In this document: positions 23,292 to 37,620 of the stretch, piece by piece
Layout of the letters: each line of letters begins with the position of its first letter
Position numbering within the stretch: the first letter of the stretch is position 1
NCBI GenBank assembly: GCA_950097015.1
Contig: CATNEN010000007.1
Span: 11,594,001-11,658,000, forward strand
Direction: 5' to 3'
DNA: 64,000 nt
Source of the DNA: Macrostomum hystrix
Lineage: Eukaryota; Animalia; Platyhelminthes
Position numbers and translations under genes: made by a program
Notes under the pieces: generated by a model
Database searches by the model: none
Seen by the model: the letters and a program-made list of their open reading frames with translations, nothing else
What the model was told of the DNA's origin: nothing

Positions 23292-24721
23292 CGGACTCTC
23301 CTTGGATTGATTGGCTAGGATTGACAGAGACTTATCAAATTGATCCGAATTCGACTTAGTATATTAACCAACCGCCCACACTGCATACATTTCTAAAAAA
23401 TTAGCTCAATCTGAATGAAACCAGCTGTACCCGCTGTACTATGAGTGAATAGCTCTCATTAAAAATACAGATGCATCTACCTTTCTGTTCTTCCAATTAG
23501 GCAGCTCACATAAAATTTGTTTGCTTTTTTCTGTCATTTTTTATGAATCGTGGCTAAATCTATAATGTCGATTCTCAATTTAAAACATTGAAAAACATCT
23601 CAGCAAAGTGAGAGTTCTAAAAAGCACATTCATAATAGAAGGAAATTTAAAAATTAAACGTGCAGCATTCAGGAAGATCCATAAATGTATATAGATTACT
23701 GCTATTGAGTTTAGAAAAATTGGAATGTGAGAGGTTAAATACAACATAATGAAAACAATCTAAATACAATACAAGTATATTGAACACTGATGCACTTAAT
23801 CTCCGAAAATATACAAGTCACAGTCGGAAATGCACAGCGTCCTTCGTACACAGTTCGTATTCCGCAGCAGAAAAAAATTAGCAATACTGTCCGAATCGCT
23901 TGTTCTAGCACAGGCTCGGAATAAAATCTACCGTCTATGGCAGTCTGGCAGGCAGTCTCGCGAAATTCGGTGCGCCCAGACTTTAGAGCTAAATGACAGC
24001 TTAGGCCATAGAACCCCAGTGCTTCGTTGACTTCGTGTGTGTCACTGTGGTTTGCACTTTAGCATCAATTTTACTGCTTGCATAATCAAATTGACTGACA
24101 AAATGCAACTATAAAATTTGACTATAAAATTACTTCAGTGATTTGCTTTTTCTCTTTCGTTTCTTCCTCGATATCACGGTACAGACCTACCAGTGTGTAC
24201 CAGTATTCTTTAGCTTGGGGTACATTTATTGTAAGAGCTAGCAATCAAGATGAAAATATAATATCATATCCTTTTAGTGATATTATTTGTTTCTAACGCA
24301 GCTCGCGGCTGAAATATACGCATGACCTAATGGGTCCTTCAGTGTGGTATCATCAACGCTGCTCGACTTCTGTCCCATGTATTTTTATAACTTTATAGGT
24401 AAAGGAAAACTGACTTGCCAATTAGTACTACTCGCCAATTGCCAAAATATTGGGCTGCAATGATATTGCCAAAGCTTTGCAAAGACTCTCACAGGCCATG
24501 GCTATTACGCCAGATCCGCGAAAACATCCCACACGGGTCGACCGGTTCCTCAAGGTACTAGACGAGCCTCTTTCTCCCCCACTTTCTTCGACCGTCTTTT
24601 TGAAGACGCGCGAGCACCCAGCCAGGCGATTGGTGTGAAGCATGTTAGAGACCTGGCTCTAAAGCGCGCGATTTGACGCTCCCCCCTCTTAGCCACTTCT
24701 GTGGTCGGCGTGGGGCGTAAC

Positions 24722-24755
<34 letters not shown>
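24722..24755. repeat. (ATT)n microsatellite
   Basis: Direct reading of the sequence. Confidence 0.9.
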
Positions 24756-24756
<1 letters not shown>

Positions 24757-27700
24757 TTCCCCAGTGAAGAGCACGCTGTGATTCAGTATCAAATCACACA
24801 GAAATTCTCAATATACTAATAACTTTTTTAGAATACCAAAATTCATATTTGAACTGTTTAATTTCAGTAAGGATAAGCAAGCATTTGACCTAGTGCTTAG
24901 CGCTTAAGATAGGCTGCAAAGATTTCGCAACAGTCGAACTTGAGATTTTAGCAGGCATGATACACTTTTTACTCGCAATTGCTGAGTTTCCATAATCGCT
25001 GCTTCCATAATTAATTAGTAATTAACTCTTTCAAGCGCAGTATTTAAGTATATAAATAAGGTATTTAAAGCATACTGCAAGAGTCATCATCGTACAGTTC
25101 AAAAAGTACGAGTACATACTACGACGAGCACATTTATATACCTGAACATCTCCGCATGAGTTGTTGCCAAAGTAAAATCCCGGAACCCGGAAAGTTGGAC
25201 AGATTTAATTTCTGCAACACCGGCTCTATGGACCCACGCACTCGTTTTGGGAGGTCCATATTAAACTATGCGCGTGTTGACTAACGAATCGCAGCTGTGG
25301 TGCATCGCTGACCACAGTCATAGGTGGTCAGCCAACTGGTCTCGAACCCAACAATCATACAACGTCGAACCCGTAAATCCGAACTGCAGCCATGACAGCT
25401 GCTGCTGCTGAGCCGCGTGAACAAGAAGAAATGCATGGACTTCTACTAGCTGTACATATCCTCAAGTATCCTGTGGTCCGACGAGTGCAATATTGAGTTG
25501 TATCATCACAGCAACGCCAGGGTATGCCGACAGAATCACGCGCAGCTGGCCTACCAGTGGCCTGGCGCAATCTGCCTACATCAGCCTGTGGGATGCATAA
25601 GAAGCTTCGGAACACCACACAACGCTTGAGGAGTAGTGGCACAGCATTTCGCCTGAGTTCTGCGCGCACAGCAGCAGTTGTGTCAAAGGGTTTAGAAAGG
25701 CAGCTACAATGATTTATGGGGAGTGATCCCTTTTTGTCGACGGGCAGATTTTATGAAAAAATAGCCAGAGTTGGCTTTGAGCCTTTGTGATAGTGATATC
25801 AAGACTGGGCTCAGAAAGGCAACCACATTGGTTTTATAGTGAATGATGCTTTTGTCCATGGACAGATTTATTGAATAATGATTTTTTTGATAACTACATA
25901 ACTGCTTAGCTATTTGTACCACAACAGAATAATAATTTAAGCTTCAAAATTAGCGTTTTCTAACCAGACATTTATAGGAGATTTAGTAAAGGGGAATATT
26001 TTGTATAGGTGGGGTATATGTAGCGCTACAATACTTCTGCCCATAATCTAAAGTACGGGGGTACGCTGTCAGTATACAGAGTTTCAAATGAAATATTTAA
26101 TTGCGTGCAACGGTACATTAAAACAGTACGTACTGCTGTTAAAGGAAAAAACCTGTGGTCATTATGAAGGCTGTACGCTATTTAACGTACGCAGTATTTC
26201 CCACACTTTCTATTTCAGAATAAGTAGGTCAGGTGATCTTGCTTTTAACTAATTATAACAAACAATGCATTTAACAGCTTATTGTCTACATCCCAGCGTT
26301 TTGGCCAAGCGTAACCCATGAATATTTTGATAGGATGGAAAAGCTTTCGAATAAGTTATGTAGATCTATGACTATGGGATTTCTAAAAATAAATATGGCC
26401 TTGAGAACATCCCGAGGTTGCGGAGTAACGAAGGCTACGGAGTTTTCCTATTGAACTGGTTTCAACTAGACCATCACCATTAAAATGGGCTCAAGATGAT
26501 CATTTCGGTTTTTGTTCGTAAACATTTTTCTCAATAGACTCCTCTACGATCAAATCTGGGCAAGTTCAGCTGTTAACTCTCTCAGAAGTAAGAACGGCTT
26601 AGAAACTAGCTTAATGTTATAGATGTTATGTTATAGAATTAAAAGCTGTAGACTAAAAAGGCTTGAGCCTAGTCTGCCTAAGGCAAAAAACACTGAGTTG
26701 TGACTCATAAATCATAACATTTTAGTGAAATAAACCTAGCTCAAATTAAAAAATAAAAGCTAAAATACAATTTAAAGAAATATTTTTTAAAATAATATAT
26801 CTAGCAAGTCAGCATGATATGTTGCCTTTGCCTATACTTTTATACCTATTTAAAAAATGTCATGATACTATACTATATATTTACAAATTTTCACTTAACA
26901 TGTGTCTTAGGCTTGTCTCTAGATCCATAAACTTATTTTAGGCTAATAAATAGTTCTAATCTACTTCTATACTATATATATATTTGTTCTAAAAACTTTC
27001 AGATAGAAAGAAAAGAAATAGAAAGGCCTATCTATACTGCTATAAATTGTTTTTAGTTACTCTTAGAACTTAGAAACTTTTTTGGGTAATCTAATGTAAT
27101 ATTTTGGTTCAGGAGACTAAAGGGATCTTTAATTTTTTTACAAGGCCACTTGGCTTGTGTAGTTTCAGTTTGGGTGACCAATGAAAGCAAGTAAAGCAAA
27201 TGTAGTAGTAAATTATCAAATTATAATTTTCATTAAATCAGTTTTGACACCTATTTTTGGCAATTTAGAGTGTGAAGCGTATTCACACCTTTGCCCCACC
27301 ACCCCACCCTCACTTTATGACAAACAAAGCAAGCACAAAAGCACCTCTATATCCATATCCCACCCTTCAAGTTTTCATGTCTGTGTCAAGTTGTACATGT
27401 ACACAGAAGCATCTGTTAATTGAGTCTACAGACTACAGTGCTTTTTATTAGTATATGATGAACTGACCAAACTTTAAAGCATGCCAATTGGCTGGATGAC
27501 AAAGTGTCCTACCTTCAAAGTGGATGACAAAGTTGTAAGATAACAAAGTTGTAGAATGACAAAGTGTCTAGGATCTATTTAAAACTAACATTGTAGGCCT
27601 ATACATATTGAAGTGTGGGGAAAAAGCAAACCTAAATGCTATCTTTTCAATTAAAGTTTTCAACTGCTGCAAGTTTGGGCAATACAAAAGTCTCTAGCTA

Positions 27701-28289
27701 TATTTTGTTTAGGGGAACTGCAATGTATGTCTTCTATTGATGGCTCACTAAACTGAAACAATATTATAAAGGACAGAGGTTCTAGCCAAACTCAATCGCC
27801 ACTAAGGCTTTGTTTTTGTGATGCCATGGCTAAAATTAAAAATGGAACAATATAGTTTGTCTTTAAAAAAGTAGGAAAATTGGCCCCTTTAAAATGGTGG
27901 TCCACTAAGCCAAAAATATAAGTATCCAGTGGCCCTATAATCCAAAAGAATGCCAAACACAGTATAGTTAATCAGTTAATGATATAAAATTGCTACCCTA
28001 ATATTTGTTTATAGCCAAAGTTAATTATTTCATTGTATCAGACTGTTGCTAATTTGTTCTTTAAATAAAAATTGTGCATAAAAGTTTTGTCTAGCTATTT
28101 GCATGTAACTGTATATGTGCTGCTTCAGGGATTAGCGGAATGGGCAACTCCCGCCTCCCCACTGCGTCCATCGGACCGCCCTGCAGATAAGTCAAGTATA
28201 TGTGCTGCATGTCTGCTATACTATCTGCATAATCTCTAACCTATTTAAAAATAGTATGCATATAGCTTGCCTTGGCTAACCATGGTGGT

Positions 28290-28570
28290 CATACATGAGC
28301 AACACCCGGCCGACCCAGCCGAACCGGCTGGGTGAAACAAGGGCCAAGCAAGGTAAGTCGCAAAAACCAATAGACCAAGCGCAAAAAAATCGAAGGGGGG
28401 ACCAAGGGACAAAAAAGGAAGGCGTGAAGAAAAGGAAAAAGGGGAGAGAAAAAGAGAGCAAATGAGAGCAAACTAAGTCGTAAATAGAGCAATGAAATGA
28501 ACTAAGTCGCAAATGAGAGCAAAAACTAAGTCGCACGGCCGGCTAAGATTTGGGAGGTTGCACATGTATG
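28290..28570. mobile_element. 281-bp non-autonomous hAT-type MITE
   Basis: 14-bp TIRs catacatgagcaac / gttgcacatgtatg (1 mismatch). Perfect 8-bp target-site duplication atggtggt at 28282-28289 and 28571-28578. Internal taagtcg repeats. Confidence 0.88.
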
Positions 28571-29958
28571 ATGGTGGTAAAAGTCTATCATTTATTTTTT
28601 CCTGATATAATTTACCAAATTTGTTATCTTTAGCTTTTATAAAGATAAATTACAAGTTAAGCAAGTCAAGAGATTGTGGTGCAGAGCAACTTATGTTTAT
28701 GATCTACCATTAATAAATTAAAATTTCTTACACTTTATATACAAAATCATAATTACAATGACAAAGTCTTGGCTAGCTATATAGCTATAGCTATGACATG
28801 TAGTCATTCTTATATTGCAAAATTTATAAGCTTAAAATGTTTAAAGATCTCTACTGCTCTAAAGAAGTTGCTTGATTTGGTACCCAATTAGATACAAGGC
28901 AAGGTTCTAAGTATAATTAAACCAGGGTTATACTATTGTTTTAATTCTTAAATGTAAGACATAGCATGTAGTATTACATAATATTTTCTAATTTCCTATT
29001 ACATCATTGCATCATTCCTATTACATCATTACCTATTTCCTAAGTTAACTGATTATAGAATGTTTTGGCTTATTAAAATGACTTAAATTCTGTGTCAATC
29101 ATGGCATTCTTATGTGATTAAATAATATCAATAACTGGTTGATTCCTAGGGCCATTGTCAAAAGAAACTAATGTGTAGAAAAAAGTAATTTGTAGTTAAA
29201 ATGTAGTTGTTTTTGACATTAGTAAAGCTTTACACATTTAGTAACTAGGCTATAAAAAAATTACTAAACTTTAGCTTTATGAACTTTAGTGTTTGGGTCT
29301 CATAATTTGGCCTTATCAAATGACCTAAAAATACAAAGATCCAACACTTAAGCTATAGACTATTGCCTTATGGCATGTGTTAAGTTAAGCAAATGTGCCT
29401 GTACCCTATTTTTACTCAAATATCTCATACCTATGACTGTCTTGGTGCAGGTAAGACATCCCTGTGTGTCATGGGTATGTGGGTTTGAGGCTGCACAGAG
29501 CCAGAAACTAGGGAGTCCCAACATAAACTATGGGCAGCTTCAGCTCACCCAGCTTGAAAGCTGGGGCTTGCCAAAAGGCCAGTGTTATACTCAAGAAATT
29601 GAGCAAATTGATCAGGCCCTGCCTTAGTGCCCTCTGCCAGTTGCTCCGTTTGATTTGGGGCATGCAGCCAATCCAGCCATCCCTTCCTTCTGCCATTGAC
29701 TGCCAAACTAAGGCACATTTTTTGTTTTTTGTATATGGCATATTGTTGCTCTTTACCTCATTAAAAGCTATTTAACTGTCCAGAAACTTAGTTGGCCAGT
29801 TTTATTAGGACTAACAAATAAGAAATAAGGTTAGTTTATAAATGTACAAACTAAAAAAATTCTAGTTGAGCTCGGGGCACATTAGAGCAAGCAGTGTTGG
29901 CAGCAGCAGCAGCACTGACACCCCCGCACCGGCCCGCAGTGAATGCTCACATCTGCAA

Positions 29959-32900
29959 ATGCCGCCAGTGGTAATGGATGCAATTTCGGAAGAAAAAGTG
30001 GCAAAACTACTGGACTTCACCCATAAGCTGGACATCAGCCTGCTGGACTCGGTGGTGGCGCTCATGTACAGCAGCACCGGCCGGCAACAGCAGATTGCGC
30101 AGCAGGTTCTCACTACCCTTAAGGAGCACCCGGACGCGTGGACCAGGGTGGACTCGATTCTTGAGTACAGCAGTAACCAGCAGAGCAAGTACTACGCGCT
30201 GCAGATCCTGGAAAATCTCATCAAGACCCGTTGGAAGGTGCTGCCCCGCGAGCAATGCGAGGGCATCAAGCGCTACATTGTGGGCCTTGTGATCAAGACC
30301 TCGTCCAATCCCCAGATGCTGGAGAGCGAGCGCGTGTACCTGGGCAAGCTGAACATGATCCTGGTCCAGATCCTGAAGCACGAGTGGCCGAAGAACTGGC
30401 CGAGCTTCATCAGCGACATCGTCGGCAGCAGCAAGTCGAACGAGTCCCTATGCCAGAACAACATGGTCATACTCAAGTTGCTCAGCGAGGAAGTATTCGA
30501 GTTCAACTCTGGCCAGCTGACCCAGGTGAAGGCCCGCCACCTCAAGGACAACATGTGCGCCGAGTTCTCCCTGATCTTCCAGCTTTGCCAGCACGTGCTG
30601 GACAGCTCCCAGAATGCGCCACTGGTGGCTGCCACCCTGGAGACTCTGCTGAAGTTCACGCACTGGATCCCGCTAGGCTACCTGTTCCAGACCAAACTCA
30701 TCACCACCCTGGTGCACAAGTTCCTCAATGTGCCCATGTTCCGCAACGTGACGCTCAAGTGCCTCACTGAGATCGCCGGAGTCCAGACCAGCGAATACAA
30801 TGACCAGTTTGTGCAGCTGTTCTGCGTCACCACCGAGCGGCTCAAAGAGATGCTGCCCATCAGCACCAACATCAAGGAGGCCTACCTGCGCGGCCGGGAC
30901 GACGAGCAGAACTTCATCCAGAACCTCAGCCTGTTCTATTGCACTTTCCTGCGCGAGCACGCCTCCCTGGTTGAGACCAGCCCCGCCCTGCAGGTGCGTC
31001 GGCATTGAGAAAACAATTCTGTCTGATAATGCACCTACATAATTCTATAATCTATTTATAATGCGTTTTTAGTACTCCCCAGAATTTAGCCTACTCCCTG
31101 AATTGCAAGAGTTTGTGCAAGTGGACTGTGTAAAACAATTGCAGGGCCACTTCTCGGACGCACTGACCTACCTGGTGCTCATCTCCGAGGTTGACGAAGT
31201 TGAGATCTTCAAGATCTGTCTAGAGTACTGGAACTGTCTGTGCACCGAGCTGTACAGGGAGAATCCCTTCGTCAGCGTGCTGCCCGAGGTAGGCCGGCCG
31301 GACAGGCGCCGGGTGTACTGGCCTGTGCTGTCCAACCTGCGCCGCATCATGATCAGCCGCATGGCCAAGCCCGAGGAAGTGCTGGTGGTGGAGAATGAGC
31401 AGGGCGAGGTTGTGCGCGAGTTCATGAAGGACACGGATAGCGTAGCGCTTTACAAGAGCATGCGAGAGACCCTGGTGTACCTGACCCACCTGGATCCGGT
31501 GGAGACTGAGCGCGTCATCACTGAGAAACTGCTGCGCCAGGTGGACGGTACCGAGTGGTCCTGGAAGAACCTCAGCACCCTGTGCTGGGCGGTCGGCTCC
31601 ATCTCGGGCGCCATGGCCGAGGATGACGAGCGCCGCTTCATCGTAGTGGTCATCCGCGAGCTGCTGGGTCTCTGCGAGCACAAGCAGGTGAGCGGAGCGA
31701 TCGCCTGAAATCTCTGAAAACGATTAATTAGCCTCCGAATCTCTGCAACCTGATAGCCTATCAAAATAACCAACCAATCCGACAGGGCAAGGACAACAAG
31801 GCCATCGTGGCGGCTAACATCATGTACGTTGTCGGCCAGTACCCCAGGTTCCTGCGTGCCCACTGGCGCTTCCTCAAGACTGTCGTCAACAAGCTGTTCG
31901 AATTCATGCACGAGACTCACGAGGGAGTGCAGGTGAGGCCTTGCCCTTTAGCTAGAATCGGGACTCCAGTCCTGCTTTTAGATTCCCATGGGGAGAATGG
32001 AGATTCCAGCCCTGCTTTTAGATTCCCATGGGGAGAATGGAGATTCCAGCCCTGCTTTTAGATTCCCATGGGGAGAATGGAGATTCCAGCCCTGCTTTTA
32101 GATTCCCATGGGGAGAATGGAGATTCCAGCCCTGCTTTTAGATTCCCATGGGGAGAATGGAGACTCCAGCCCTGCTTTTAGATTCCCATGGGGAGAATGG
32201 AGATTCCAGCCCTGCTTTTAGATTCCCATGGGGAGAATGGAGACTCCAGCCCTGCTTTTAGATTCCCATGGGGAGATAGAAGACTCGAGCCCTGCTTTTA
32301 GATCCTCATCAGAAAATGGAGACTCTAGTCCTCCTTTTAGATTCCCTTGGGGAAATTGAGACTCGAGCCCTGTTTTGGGTCCCACTTTGGGTCCCACTTG
32401 AGTCCCACTTATGATTTCGAGATTCCATGATTCGCTGATGTCAAGCACATCTTCGCACGCCCCACTCTTTTACTCGTCCAGGACATGGCCTGCGATACGT
32501 TCATCAAGATCGCCAACAAGTGCCGCCGACAATTCGTGATGCTGCAAGCTGGCGAGGTGACGCCTTTCGTCGAGGAGATCTTGTGCAACCTGAGCTCCAT
32601 CATCTGCGACCTGCAGCCAGCGCAAGTGCATACCTTCTATGAGGCACTGGGCATGATGATCAGCGCCCAGCCGGACAGGCAGCAGCAGGACATCATGATC
32701 GAGCAGCTGTTTTGCCTGCCCAATCAGGTCAGTTCGGCACGAATGGTTCTCGCAGTATTGTTAAATTGCGTATTTTTGTCTTGCTACTGTCAGTAGTGCA
32801 GTTAGCTAGCATAAATCCTACATTAAATGTTGCCTCTGCCCCGCAGGTGTGGGACGGCATCATCCAGCTTGCCGCACAGAATGTTGAGAGCCTCCAGGAG

Positions 32901-35149
32901 CCGGACACGGTGCGCCAGCTCTCCATTCTGCTGCGCACTAACGTCAGCGCCTGCCGCAGCCTGGGCCACCCCTACGTCAGGCAGCTCGGCCGAAACTTCA
33001 TGGACATGCTCAGCCTTTACAAGCTGCTCAGCGAGGACATCAGCAAGGCTGTGGCCGCCCACGGCGAGCTGGTGGCCAAGCAGCCGCTGATCCGGGCGAT
33101 GCGCGGCGTCAAAAAAGAGACGCTGCGCCTCCTGGACTGCTGGGTGGGCCGCAGCAACGACCCCGCGCTGGTGTCCGATAAGTTCGTGCCTCCATTGTGC
33201 GAGGCTGTTCTGCTCGACTACCAACGGAATGTCGCCTCCGCCAGGTACGGCTGCCGCTGACCTCCTTGTTGTCGTCTAAGCACTCGCTGACCGATCTCCA
33301 GTCCTTAGTGGAGTCGCTGACCCATCTCCTGTCCTCAGTGGAGTCGCTGACCCATCTCCTGTCCTCAGTGGAGTCGCTGACCCATCTCCTGTCCTCAGTG
33401 GAGTCGCTGACCCATCTCCTGTCCTCAGTGGAGTCGCTGACCCATCTCCTGTCCTCAGTGGAGTCGCTGACCCATCTCCTCGCTGACCCATCTCCTCGCT
33501 GACCCATCTCCTCGCTGACCCATCTCCTGTCCTCAGGGAAGTCGCTGACCCATCTCCTCGCTGACCCATCTCCTCGCTGACCCATCTCCTGTCCTCAGGG
33601 AAGTCGCTGACCCATCTCCTCGCTGACCCATCTCTCCCGCCATTGATTTACCCATCAGAATTTTCGCCGAGGTGTCACTTTATTTATTTATTTTACGCCC
33701 GTCACCCGCCACAGGGAGCCCGAGGTGCTGGCTCTCCTAGCCACCATTGTTGGCAAGCTGGGTGAGCAGGCCAGCCAGCATGTTCCGCCGATGCTGGATG
33801 CAGTGTTTGAGTGCACCCTGGAGATGCTCAGCCGTGACCAGCACGAGTTCCCGGAGCACCGACTCAACCTGTTCACTCTGCTGGAGGCTGTGACGCAGAG
33901 CTGTTTCACGACCCTCATCCGCCTGCCCACCGACCGCCTCCGCATCGTGTTGGAGAGCGTCCTGTGGGCCGTGCGGCACAGCCTGCGCTCTGTCAGTGAG
34001 ACCGGCCTCAGCATCGTGCTCCGCCTGCTGCAGAAGGTGGACTGCCTGGACCCCGTCAGCGCCGGCCAGTTCCACGCAAACTTCTTCATGAGCCTGCTCC
34101 AGCACCTGTTCTCAGTGCTCACTGACCCACTGCAGGCCGGCCAGTTGTCTCAGGTGAGTTGCGAATCATTAGCCCAGATTCATTAGCTGCCTGTCACTCC
34201 CAGCCAGATTGTGCTCAGCAGTCAGTCACTCTCCAGCCAGATTGTGCTCAGCAGTCAGTCACTCCCCAGCCAGATTGTCCTCAGCAGTCAGTCACTCTCC
34301 AGCCAGATTGTCCTCAGCAGTCAGTCACTCCCCAGCCAGATTGTGCTCAGCAGTCAGTCACTCCCCAGCCAGATTGTCCTCAGCAGTCAGTCACTCTCCA
34401 GCCAGATTGTCCTCAGCAGTCAGTCACTCTCCAGCCAGATTGTCCTCAGCAGTCTGTCACTCCCCAGCCAGATTGTCCTCAGCAGTCAGTCACTCTCCAG
34501 CCAGATTGTCCTCAGCAGTCAGTCACTCCCCAGCCAGATTGTCCTCAGCAGTCAGTCACTCCGCAGCCAGATTGTCCTCAGCAGTCAGTCACTCTCCAGC
34601 CAGATTGTCCTCAGCAGTCTGTCACTCTCCAGCCAGATTGTGCTCAGCAGTCAGTCACTCCCCAGCCAGATTGTCCTCAGCAGTCAGTCACTCTCCAGCC
34701 AGATTGTCCTCAGCAGTCTGTCACTCCCCAGCCAGATTGCATCTGATCCCAACCGCATGCAGGTGAGCTCGGTGCTGTGCCTGATGTTCTCCCTCTGCGA
34801 GAGGGACCGGCTGCACACGCAGCTGCAGGCCAGCTGCAGCAACAGCGAGTTTGTGCTGCAGTCGCTCAGCGCGCTGCTGTCCGAGGCCTACCCGCACCTG
34901 CAGCGGCCGCAGATCGCCGTGTTCGTTCAGGGCTGCTTCTCATTTAACGCCGACCAGAAGCGCTTCCGAGAGCACCTGCGCGACTTCCTGGTGCAGATCC
35001 GCGAGTTCACAGGCGAGGACCTCAGCGACCTGTTCCTGGAGGAGCAACAGGAGGAGATCCGCAGGGCGCAGGAGGCCAAGCTGGCCCAGCAGTGCACAGT
35101 GCCCGGCATCCTCAACCCGCACGAGGTGCAGGACGCCATGGAGGACTGA
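29959..35149 (+). CDS. XPO1: Exportin-1 / CRM1, 7 coding exons
   Basis: Exons 29959-30993, 31145-31687, 31786-31932, 32482-32727, 32847-33244, 33715-34153, 34763-35149. Motifs [45 protein letters not shown] (Cys528 equivalent), [45 protein letters not shown] at 35971. Confidence 0.97.
31970..32370. repeat. 40-bp minisatellite in XPO1 intron 3
   Basis: Unit gattcccatggggagaatggagattccagccctgctttta. Confidence 0.95.
33283..33634. repeat. 30-bp/16-bp compound minisatellite in XPO1 intron 5
   Basis: Unit gtcctcagtggagtcgctgacccatctcct and sub-unit cgctgacccatctcct. Confidence 0.93.
34191..34740. repeat. 33-bp minisatellite in XPO1 intron 6
   Basis: Unit cagccagattgtsctcagcagtcagtcactcyc, ~16 copies. 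Confidence 0.95.
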
Positions 35150-36091
35150 GGACTCCGCTATTTTAATACCCGCCCCAAATACCGCTCCGCATCCTCAGTG
35201 GAACTGTGCGCCCAGATCCCCGTTTGCCTTCCCTGATCCCAGCCCAGCGGTGCATTTTGCCAGCCCACATCCCACCGATCCCGAATCGCTTGTATTCCCA
35301 CATTCTATCGGTCCATGCGTATTGCTGTCCGCACTTGCTGTACACAGCCGAGTGCGGTGCCCGGTTAACTGATATGCAATTTGCTGAACTGCCTCTGCTA
35401 GCAATGTGAATAGCGGCTTCCTGCCTGCCTGCCTGCCTGCCTGCCCACTTCCCTGTGTTTTATTTCCGGCGCAGAGCAAGCGGCTCCTCCCCATGACCCG
35501 CCACTTGATGCCGCCTCGACTGTTTTTTGTTCCCAGCCGGCTAATATTTTGCTCTCTTCCGCTTTCTCGTTGTGAATTCCTGCCCAAGCCACCGTCTGTC
35601 CTCTGTCTGTCCATCGGCACCTTCTACGAGATAGGATAATGCTAGCTGCCTGACGGGCCCTGCGGCCGCACCTGTTATTATTATTATAATTTTTATTACT
35701 ATTACTGTTATTATTACAATACGTTTAGTCTCTTAGGCTTAAGCCGTAGAATTGACATTGATTTACTCTAGCCTCTATTCTAGTTGTGCGAGAGTGCGCG
35801 CAGATTCACTAACTCGGACTTCGCTGCTCTGTGTTGTCTCACCCTTCTCTGCTGTCTGTCTGTCTCTCTTAGCTTAGTCCCGCCTACCCTCCGGCCTGCT
35901 CTCAACTGGCGCTCGGTCTCCGCCCCGCCCGCACTGGCATCGGCTTTGCAAATGAAGCGCTACTTATCATAATAAACATAATTATTACACCTATTACTTC
36001 TAATTGTGTTTCTTAACGTCAGCTACTCGCAATGTCACTGCGGCTCCAGACTGGCCTTGACATTTCTCATTACCTGTGTCAGCATATGGGC

Positions 36092-36620
36092 CATGGGATA
36101 ACAGCTTGTGAGTTATGGGATAACAGCTTGTGAGTCATCTGATAACAGCTTGTGAGTCATGGGATAACAGCTTGTGAGTCATGGGATAACAGCTTGTGAG
36201 TCATCTGATAACAGCTTGTGAGTCATGGGATAACAGCTTGTGAGTCATGGGATAACAGCTTGTGAGTCATGGGATTACAGCTTGTGAGTCATGTGATAAC
36301 AGCTTGTGAGTCATGGAATAACAGCTTGTGAGTCATGGGATAACAGCTTGTGAGTCATGGGATAACAGCTTGTGAGTCATGGGATAACAGCTTGTGGGTC
36401 ATGAGATTACAGCTTGTGAGTCATGCGATAACAGCTTGTGAGTCATGGGATAACAGCTTGTGAGTCATGTGATAACAGCTTGTGAGTCATGGGATAACAG
36501 CTTGTGGGTCATGAGATTACAGCTTGTGAGTCATGGGATAACAGCTTGTGAGTCATGGGATAATAGCTTGTGGGTCATGAGATTACAGCTTGTGAGTCAT
36601 GGGGTGACAGCTTGTTGTTC
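36092..36620. repeat. 22-bp intergenic minisatellite
   Basis: Unit catgggataacagcttgtgagt, degenerate copies extend to ~36750. Confidence 0.95.
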
Positions 36621-37254
36621 ATGGGGTTAATAGCTTGTGTGTTATTGGGAAGTTTGTTGGTCGTAGAGATAAAGGCTAAATTATGATTAGAAAATAACTT
36701 GTGAACAGCCTATGGGTCATGGGATAACAGCTTGTGGGTCAAAGGGATCATAGTGCTTGGTTTATGCGAATAATAGCGTATAGTAGTGAACTGAGGCAGT
36801 TAATTTACACAAAACGCGCAACTTTAATTTGGCACGAATTTGAACGCTAAAAATTGAGTTCTGTATTTATTTCGCGCCTCGACTTGCTAAATAATTAAGC
36901 ATTCAATGCGTCCTATATTGGTAGTTTGCTATTGTGTGTGCATCAGCAGAAAAAAGACACCAAAGTACTTTTAAAGTCGTGAATCAAAAGGCGACATGGC
37001 AGTCTGACTAAAAGTTGCTGCAATATTCAGGAATAGGGACAAAATCAAAACTTGTGGACTTGGATTTCCAAGTCATTCTGTATTTAGGCATCAAGTTGCA
37101 CAGCATGCACTTGCACATTGCTGCTGTGGGTGCTTGAAAGCAAATAAAAGCTGCAAGTTTACTCAGTGCCCAGAAGACCTTTGTTCCGCCTCGGCCTATG
37201 CAGAACTCCGCAGCCAGCTTTCTCAACTAGCGGGTGCGGCAGTGTCGCACTGAT

Positions 37255-37620
37255 ATTGACATAATTGACATAATTGACATAATTGATATAATTGATATAA
37301 TAATTGCAGGAGGGCTGATTTGGTGACACTAGACCCGCAGCCAGCGAGGAGGCAATTCTGCCCATTTCGCTGACTCCTGCGCTGGCACACACACAGATAC
37401 CGTACGCAGGCACACGCTCACACCGGTGTGTACATCTGCCCTTGTCGTCATGCAGTATGCACTTTCACTGCGGCTTGGAGGTTGGCCCTCGTAAATTGCT
37501 ATACAAGCCCCCCAAGCCTTCTCTCCGCGGCTGCGCCCTAAATTAATATGGCCTCGCGGCGGAATCGACCTCAGGGACCTTGGTGCGTGAGGCAAACTGC
37601 TCTGCAACTCAGCCCCTGCA
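37255..37620 (-). mobile_element. tRNA-derived SINE family B
   Basis: Shares blocks with 2741-2960. (ataattgay)n tail at 37255-37305. Confidence 0.75.

Noticed and set aside
23800-24650. Possible small spliced gene (minus-strand MGQKSSSV... or plus-strand exon 24426-24555)
   Set aside because: Splice-like signals exist on both strands, but I could not build a phase-consistent ORF with recognisable homology.
29862-33224. Numerous antisense and alternate-frame ORFs over XPO1, ACTN and PIM exons
   Set aside because: Expected shadow ORFs of GC3-rich coding sequence.
34154-34762. XPO1 intron 6 is 3n and its repeat is in frame with exon 7
   Set aside because: An in-frame TAG at 34184-34186 terminates a retained-intron product.
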